NCBI GenBank assembly: GCA_012295275.1
Contig: CM022672.1
Span: forward strand, 34,658,001-34,722,000
Length of the DNA stretch: 64,000 nucleotides
DNA from: Chrysomallon squamiferum
Lineage: Eukaryota; Animalia; Mollusca
Direction: 5' to 3'
Below, in pieces: positions 55,114-64,000 of the stretch. The translations under genes and the position numbers were made by a program. The first letter of the stretch is position 1; each line of letters opens with the position of its first letter. The notes under the pieces were generated by a model. It saw nothing but the letters and a program-made list of their open reading frames with translations. It was not told the origin of the DNA and ran no database searches.

Positions 55114-55911
55114 TTGTTTTTTTTTTTTTTTTCATTTCCATGTGTATATAATAGTACTGATCTTTTAATTTTTAAATACTGTTTACATTTTTCAGCGTGT
55201 CAAACAGGATATTACGGTTCTGATTGTAACAAACTGTGTAACAGTCGTCATTGTCAGTCTGATTCGTGTCCTGCTGACACAGGTTCTTGTAATGGAGGAT
55301 GTCAGGCTGGATGGAGTGGAGTTGACTGTACAGGTAACTAAATCATAACTACAGAGTGAGAATTTATAGAAATATTTTTTCTTCCTTGTAACTAATGTTT
55401 CGAAAGAACTGGAGGGTGTTGGAGGGGTTAATTGAACTGTAGAGGTCGAATATGAAAACATTTACAATATAGCTCATGCAATACAGAAAGAACAAATGAC
55501 TGAACTGTTGTTAAGTTTTGCACTGTGGGAACTGTTGTAGTGAGAACAAAGGACACAGTGGTAGAATGAGAAGTGTTAGTTCAAGTAAGCAAACAGTCAA
55601 CTGTGCTCGGTCAGAGAAAATCCGTGATGTGTGGAAACTAACACTGACTTGCATCTCCTTTCACTGAAAAAATAAGTCGCAAAATGAACTGACATCCCTA
55701 CATTAGACAGTCATTTTTAAGTGATTTTCGACAGAACTTGATATAGATGATTTATATTTTGTAGTAGTAGTAGTAGTAGTAGTAGCAGCAGCATCAGCTG
55801 TAGTAGTATTATTAGTATTACTGTTATTATTGTTGTTATTATTATTATTTTCTTTTTAAACAAATGTATTCAGTGTCGTCTAAAATGAATGTATGAATAT
55901 TTTTTGTACAT

Positions 55912-55954
<43 letters not shown>

Positions 55955-58900
55955 TTACTATTCTGTTAATTACACACACATCAAACTCAACACATTTTTT
56001 TGTAGGATGTGTTTTCAAGTTCATTTTATTAATTATTATTTTTAGTTTTTAGCATTAAAGAATTATACTGAATATATACGTCACGGTGTTTTTAAAAAAT
56101 AAATTTTATTTCTTGGTGATTATTTAAAATGCGTGTACTACAGAGAGATAAAGGAAGGGATATAATTAGAAAAGAAAAATGAGTTATTGGTTTACTTTAT
56201 TTATGTTTTAGTTATGTGTCAGTCAGGTACAACTTATGGTACTAACTGTAACAAACTGTGTAGAGATCGTCACTGTTTTTATTCTCAACAAAGCTGTCCT
56301 ACAGACACTGGATCATGTAGTGGACAATGTCAGACAGGCTGGACTGGATATGACTGTACAGGTAATTAAATATTTTACTCTTTTTGAAGAAAAATCCCAA
56401 GTATTTCCGAAATAACATTTATAAATAATTTTGCTATGATTTAAAATCATTTCCGTATTTGGTATCACTATCAATACCTAGAATTAATTGATACTTGGAC
56501 CTATTCTTCTAAGTAACGATATCAGTAAATATAAATATATTTATATTTAACATTCAAATGAAGGCGGAAATTAAATGACATCTTAATGATATTGTTTCGT
56601 ATTATACATATGGTTAAAGATAAAATATTATTACATAAACAAGAACATTGGTATTATGATTAATCAGCCACTTTTATGTTTAAAAACAAAAATATTATTC
56701 ACATATCTTCTTTACTCTTTCACAAATCACTCTTTTAAAGAGAGTGTAAATATGTTCAAGTATGTCAGTATGGTCTGTATGGTTCTAACTGTGACAAGTC
56801 ACTGTTTTAAAGAAAGTGTAAATATATTTCAGTATGTCAGACTGGCGTATATGGTTCTAACTGTGACAAGTCACTGTTTTAAAGAGAGTGTAAATATTTT
56901 TCAGTATGTCAGTCACTGGTGTGTATGGTTCTAACTGTGACAAGTCACTGTTTTAAAGAAAGTGTAAATATATTTCTAACTGTGACAAGTGTGTTTTAAA
57001 GAAAGTGTAAATATTTTTCAGTATGTCAGACTGGTGTATGGTTCTAACTGTGACAAGTGACTGTTTTAAAGAGAGTGGTTCTTTCAGTATGTCAGACTGG
57101 TGTGACAAGTAACTGTGACAAGTCACTGTTTTAAAGAAAGTGTAAATATTTTTCAGTATGTCAGACTGGTGTGTATGGTTCTAACTGTGACAAGTGACTG
57201 TTTTAAAGAGAGTGTAAATATTTTTCAGTATGTCAGACTGGTGTGTATGGTTCTAACTGTGACAAGTCATGTAATAAACGACACTGTGCTGTTTCCTCTC
57301 CCTGTGACACACAGACTGGGTCTTGTACTGGAGGATGTCAAGCTGGTTGGACTGGAACTGATTGTACTCAAGGTGTGTACCAAATAGTTTTTTCTTGATC
57401 AGCCTTTTCTGAATTATTTATTGATTATCCCAATAAAATACTTTGATGCAGCACTATTGTACTAAATAGCCTACACATATTTGTTTACATTTTGGTTTCA
57501 GAGAACTGTGTTTGTTATTTTATTTATTTATTTTTAAAAATGTTGTTGTTATTCTAAATACGTATTTTTCATATTCCGAATTTTAAATATTTTACATTAA
57601 TATTACTGTATTTGAATTGCTGAAGGTTTTAATTGTGGCGACACTATACGTCAAGTAGTTAGTACCACGGTATTGCCTGGATTCCATCTTACTCAACCAG
57701 TGTAAAATTTAATAAATAAACGAAATATACACAACAACAAAGAGAAACTTTATAATTTCATATTTATTTCTCGAGTCACATCTACACTTAAATATTTGAC
57801 GCTGTGTATAAAGATTTAGTTGGATAAGACATTCCAGTTTCATTTAAGACTTTGATTTGACAATAAAATGACACCCTTGAAACAAGTGTTTAATATTGTG
57901 ATATATTTTACAAAACTAACACAAAACAGTTCCTTGATTCCGAAACTGAAACAAAAGATATATACAGAGGCAAATTGAAGCTAGAAATTATAAACAGTAA
58001 TTCCAAATTACCCTTTAGTCAAAAGCATCTTCTGTCTAATATATTTATGTTATGTTTACTATTCTCAAGTTTATATGAAATAGGAATTAAATGAGTAACA
58101 GAAAAAGTTCATTGTTTGTTTTACTGTAATAATAACACATAGCTTAAAAACTTTGAGATTTTGAAAAATAATTATGAAAATTGATTTATCTAAATCACAG
58201 TTTAGTGGCCGTGATATATAGAGGATTGCTGAAAAATAGTTTTTCCCAAAAATAATTTAAGAATAATTATTTTCCAGTCTCTGCCCAAGAAGCAAAATCA
58301 ACAGCAACATCAACTACAACGGCTTTGTCAGTCGTCACAGCTGTACTGACTTTGCTTCTCGTAATATCCGTTGTTTTTCACATCAGGTAAATGCTCATAG
58401 ATTCTTCAACCAAATTAATTGTGACATAATATACATGCACATCTTTATAGCTGATATAGCTTTCTCAAAAAATGTATTTACTCAATACTAAGAAGAAATA
58501 TGTTTTATTTGATAATATATAATATTGCTATTATCCATCCAGACAATATACATGTGCAATAAATCAACTAAAAATCTATACTTTAAATTGTTCTATTAAA
58601 ATCAACATTAACAGCTAAACTAAATCTAAGTTTCGAGTACTGAGGGTCTATCGATAATCTGAGTAACAGTACCTCTCCATGTATTATATTTTAATTACCT
58701 AAAATTTGCACTTACTAATGTAAAAAGCAATACATTTTCAGAATGGCTCTGATCATACGAAAACGACCATCATCTACTGAACGTTCAGTATCATTTGCCA
58801 AAACCAACAACAGTCATCCCAGGACAGCAACTACTCCGTCATCATTGTATGAAGTATTTGATGAAGACGTCAATATCGCCACACCACCAAATCACAGTGG

Positions 58901-59051
58901 CACTCAAACAGTTTCATCAGGTGATGCGGAGACAAGTTATGTAAACACTTCACATCAAGAAGAACTCAATACTCAAGAAATACACGATTATGATAAACTA
59001 GATATTGATGTTATTGGACTGGGATCTACATACGAGAAAATAAAAATGTAA
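52950..59051 (+). CDS. Receptor copy 3: F-type lectin + 3 EGF modules + TM + Tyr-motif tail; its own signal-peptide exon is missing
   Basis: Exons 52950-53156 ([54 protein letters not shown]), 54128-54349, 55196-55333, 56212-56361, 57229-57372, 58278-58386 (TM) and 58742-59051 (tail ending [21 protein letters not shown]). Open throughout. No MAGCWIS exon between 47.1 and 52.9 kb. Confidence 0.85.
56727..57270 (+). repeat. Second array of the 72 bp acceptor/exon-start repeat (about 7-8 imperfect copies)
   Basis: Same unit as 43388-43788, ending in real exon 57229-57372. Confidence 0.9.
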
Positions 59052-59074
59052 TATATATATATAATTTTTAAATA

Positions 59075-59110
<36 letters not shown>

Positions 59111-59484
59111 TGTATGTATGTATGTATGTATGTAGATATATATGTAGATATATATATATATGTATATGGATTTGGATGTATACATGGATATAGATATAAA
59201 TAGGTAGATACAGAGATAGATCGCGTTCAAATACAGATTTTATGGGTAACGGTAAAAATGTTTTTTCAATTATCTTAGTAATGTTTCTAAAACAGATACC
59301 CTATAATAATGTAGACTGTAATTTTATAAAAGAAAGATTTCTGTAAATAATATGACTAATATAAGTCATTTTAATCATTTTGTTATAGATAAGTAAATAG
59401 ATTTTTAGATGTGTATTGTCCAAATTAACAGAGAGGCTTCAAACATTTCAGATGTCTGTGTGAATTGTCCAAAATTAACAGATT

Positions 59485-60440
59485 GATTGTGAATATTTAG
59501 CACAGTCTGAAAACAAACATTTCATTTTGAATATTTAGTAACACAGTCTGTTAGAACATCGCTTATTTATGTATTCATTGTGAATATTTAGTAACAGTCT
59601 CCTTTAGAATAGTAAATTATTTACGTATTCATTGTGCCCCCACAGTCTCGTTAGAACATTTTTCTGTAGTTTAACACAGTCTCGTTAGAACAGTAAATTA
59701 TTTATGTATTCATTGTGAATATTTAGTAACACAGTCTCTTTAGAACAGTAAATTATTTTCATTGTGAATGTTTATTTTTATTGTTATTTATATTTAGTAA
59801 CACAGTCTCGTTAGAACAGTAAATTTATTTTCATTGTGTGTTAGAACAGTAAATTATTTATGTATTCATTGTGAATATTTAGTAACACAGTCTCGTTAGA
59901 ACAGTAAATTATTTATGTATTCATTGTGAATATTTAGTAACACAGTCTCTTTAGAACAGTAAATTATTTATGTATTCATTGTGAATATTTAGTAACACAG
60001 TCTCGTTAGAACAGTAAATTATTTATGTATTCATTGTGAATATTTAAACAGTCTCTTTATTTATTTATGTATTCATTGTGAATATTTAGTAACACAGTCT
60101 CGTTAGAACAGTAAATTATTTATGTATTCATTGTGAATATTTAGTAACACAGTCTCACTAGAACAGTAAATTATTTATGTATTCATTGTGAATATTTAGT
60201 AACACAGTCTCGTTAGAACAGTAAATTATTTATGTATTCATTGTGAATATTTAGTAACACAATCTCACTAGAACAGTAAATTATTTATGTATTCATTGTG
60301 AATATTTAGTAACAGTCTCCTTAGAATAGTAAATTATTTATGTATTCATTGTGAATATTTAGTAACACAGTCTCTTTAGAACAGTAAATTATTTATGTAT
60401 TCATTGTGAATATTTAGTAACAGTCTCGTTAGAACAGTAA
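59485..60440. repeat. 55 bp minisatellite (about 16 copies) downstream of receptor copy 3
   Basis: Unit gtgaatatttagtaacacagtctcgttagaacagtaaattatttatgtattcatt; single-copy at ~38622 and ~47985 in the paralogous units. Confidence 0.93.
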
Positions 60441-62235
60441 GTTATTTATATATTAATATCATTATGACAATTCTTTAATACTCAGATATTGTTTTTCTTT
60501 GTTATAAACAACTGAAGCTGGGCTGACAAAAAAATATTGTAATATTTTACGTTGCAAATAAACATAATCAACTATTAGCATAGCATATTTTGTAGACTTC
60601 TGAACAAGATTTCACCGAGTAGTTTGCGCTGCGTACAACAGTTTAAACGTTACAATCATACACGAATGGAGACTAATTTTATTAATATGATACACAATAT
60701 GATGATTCACATACCATAATGTAACGCTGTATACAATAGTATAAACTTTACAATCGCACAAGAATAAAGATTAATCTAATTGATTTGAAACACAGAATGA
60801 TGATTCAAGTAGCCTGATCAAGAGTACATTGTACAGATTGACACTAACCAGTTAGTAAAGATTTAATTGAACGAAACACAGTAAACTAAAACTATTACTT
60901 TGTTTATGTTCATCGCGGCCGCATAGCTGACACAGACCAGTTAGAAGAACTCATGAATTTATGTCAAAGATTAATAAACCAACAAGATGTAAATTATTAT
61001 GACAAACATGAGTTTGTAAGTGCTATATTTCGTTTATTTGTGCTTAAAGGTATCATGTGGACGAGTATGTATGAGTGTGCGTAGTGTAAGGCTATATATA
61101 AACACACACGCGCGCACGCACACACACAGACAAACATAGACACACACACATTTATATATATACATACACAAATATTGATGTACATTCGCATAATCCGCAT
61201 AATCCGAGATTCTGAGAATTCGTAGAAATTTATTTAGTGTGTTATAAAAATTAATTTAAAAAAAAATGAAAAAAGAAGGAAAAAAAACAACATTCATCAT
61301 ATTACAGTAGTATATTTCGATTCTTTATAAACTTCAGCTGATCATAAAACATATTTGATTCGATTAAATCTTAAGGCTAAAGACTTTAGTAATTAATATG
61401 TCAAGTAGTTTAATTTGTCATTTGTATATTTTGATTATTATATAAAAAAAATTTACTATCAATTTACACACACAGAGACACACACAAATAACGGCTGCAT
61501 CCGTTTTGTACATATGGAAATGGCTCCAGATCGTTGAAATGGCCACCTTTATATGCACATAGACATGCATACATAAACAAACACACACACACACACACAC
61601 AGAGATATATACCACACACACACATACATACACACACACATACGTTCAAGACTGATCTGACGGCTGTGGCTAATGTCGTCCACCTTCGTGTATCACACGT
61701 TCGAGTCTCGTCAGCGACATCTGACTGGTTTTGTGAGGTCGTGATTGGACTTTGTCCTCCTGCGCCAGTGCGTTCCCCACTATTGTGCATAAGACAGAAA
61801 ATATTCAGTCAGAAAATAAACAGATGTGTGTGCAGTTCATACGCTAATAAAACAGAAATGGTTGTAGACAAGTAGTGAACAGTGACACTGTAATGTATTA
61901 TTATTATCTCTTTCATCGCATGAACAGTGACATTGTAATGTATTATTATTATCTCTTTCATCGCATGAACAGTGACGGCATTCAATAGTTTGAGTCAATC
62001 GCTTTAGGTCAGGCAATCTTTACAGATAAAATCATATCGAATTATGTATCTCTATAAATATTAGAGAGAATGTACACGCAAAGTTTTCTGTGTACTGTGA
62101 CCTAATTTTACTGCGAGCAAAACCTGTTTACCTGATTGTGTTTTTGTCTTTTCTCGCTGGTGAGTTGTTAAAACGAGTCACGTGTCAGCTCGCAGTTTTA
62201 CTTCCTGGTTTGTTTGTCTACGAAACATTTTCACT

Positions 62236-62314
62236 ATGGCTGGGTGCTGGATAAGTCTTCAGTTTCTAGTTTGTTGTTTGATTTTGCAGTCAGGAAAGAC
62301 AACAGCTGGATATG
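62236..62314 (+). CDS. Receptor copy 4: signal-peptide exon 1 (gene continues beyond the window)
   Basis: MAGCWISLQFLVCCLILQSGKTTAGY + G|GTAAGA, 79 nt, same as 30863 and 40936. Intron 1 is homologous to those of copies 2 and 3. Confidence 0.85.
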
Positions 62315-62345
62315 GTAAGATATAAAATTGTATTATTATTATTAG

Positions 62346-62403
<58 letters not shown>

Positions 62404-63169
62404 TTTATAATTATTATCGATCTTGTTTTTCATGTTGTTACTGGTGGTGGTGATAATTAGACAGTACACTAGGAAGATGTTATACTTCATTGAACATGAA
62501 TATATATTTCAAAGCAGCGGTATCAATATAAATTGCTGGGATTGTGTATTGTTCTTGAAATACAAATACGTTCAACAACAACAACTACAACACTTAATTA
62601 ATAATGATTTAAACATACTAATCTTTAGAACATAATGTTTTCAAGTTGATTATTTTTTTCATGGGTTTTATTATCTTGTGTCTTCTTTCGTGTAAAAATG
62701 TAGTTTTTTGTTAGTGTTATCAAAACTATGAAATAAGTTTATATCTATTATTTAGCGTACAGGAGCCTGATATATAAGTTTGATGAATTACTCGACAACT
62801 TAAATATACGTTGAAAACAAATACTTACATTCTGTGTTTTGTAGAACAAATATCAGTACTGAAACATTTTCTATAAACTATATACTATTTTGATGTCCAC
62901 TGTAGCAAGTTCAAAACATAGCGCTAGACACAATTCTTTCACTATAATTATACTTTTCTGTAGATGAAGCCTGTCTTCATTTAACGCAAGTAAGGACATG
63001 ATTTTAGTTTAAACGAATGAATGCTGTTACTAAAATATAAAACAAAATAGTATACAGTTAATAATTATTGTATCAAGGCTGTTAAACAATTATGTCAACT
63101 ATACTGTAGAGATAATGTAATAATTACATGTATTACTACCACAGTAAATATAATAATTATGCAAAATGA

Positions 63170-63261
<92 letters not shown>

Positions 63262-64000
63262 GTGTAAATCTATGTCTCGTTCTTTTCGTCTCATATAATA
63301 ATAATAATAACAATAATAAAATAAAAGACGGACGGATGGATGGACGAAAGAAAAGGTAACAAATAGATCATTTGACAGATACAAAACCTCGTTCATACAT
63401 ACAAACGTTTTGTCATTTTACAAAGTAAAGTAAGATAATTTTACTTCTCTGTCTTAAAATGTTTTACTGTATTGTTCACAAATCGTACTAATAATGTGTT
63501 GTTTTTTTGTCGATTTACAAATGTACAGTAAGATAATTTTACTTCTTTATTGCAAAGGATAATGGCTGCAACGTGGATATGATTTCATTTTCTACTTTGT
63601 TATTTGATTAAGTCTTAATGTTAATTATTATTTTTCAAAGACTTACTGTGAATAAACATACACATTTTAATATGAATTTTGCAAAGAAGATTCATTTTTC
63701 TTCTTCTGTTATTATCATTATCATTATTGATATTTTCATTGTCGTTGTTGGTGTTGTTGTAGTTAAGTTGTTACTGGTAGTGGTGAGGGTGAGTCAAACA
63801 AGCAATCGTGTATGAGGAAGATATCGTGTAGCAGGAAGATGTATTACATAGGCCAATGTTTTATGTGTCTGTGTGACTGGCTGTCGTCAGTAAATTATTC
63901 ACATACATGTAGAGAAGAGTAGCTGTAAAAACTACATCAGCGCTGTCACTGGTAGAAGAAATAATATTAATTATGATACAGAAATACAGCCATAACCACT

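Noticed and set aside
59485-60440. CRISPR-like appearance of regular repeats (also 9635-9990 and 43388-43788)
   Set aside because: Head-to-tail units without unique spacers, no cas genes, eukaryotic context.

Overview
AT-rich, microsatellite-laden eukaryotic DNA with GT-AG introns. Gene content suggests a lophotrochozoan, probably a mollusc (inference). Most ORF-track entries are simple-repeat artefacts, so I assembled genes by hand from exons. (1) 1-10.5 kb is a mosaic of gene fragments: an internally deleted Hog-gene copy, six internal exons of a receptor tyrosine phosphatase (end of D1, start of D2), and a truncated torsin AAA+ gene fused head-on to it. (2) 17.4-27.6 kb holds two intact, divergently transcribed 5-exon hedgehog-related genes, 264 aa each. 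Both encode signal peptide + ~45-aa hypervariable 8-Cys peptide + Hint + SRR-like tail. A Tigger remnant and an orphan Hint exon lie between them. (3) 30.8-64 kb is a tandem array of ~10-11 kb units of a receptor family: signal peptide, F-type lectin, MEGF/Draper-like EGF modules, TM, Tyr-motif tail. Each copy keeps a different subset of phase-1 exons. The best candidates for new biology are the self-processing disulfide-rich peptide-Hog genes and the modular lectin-EGF receptor cluster.
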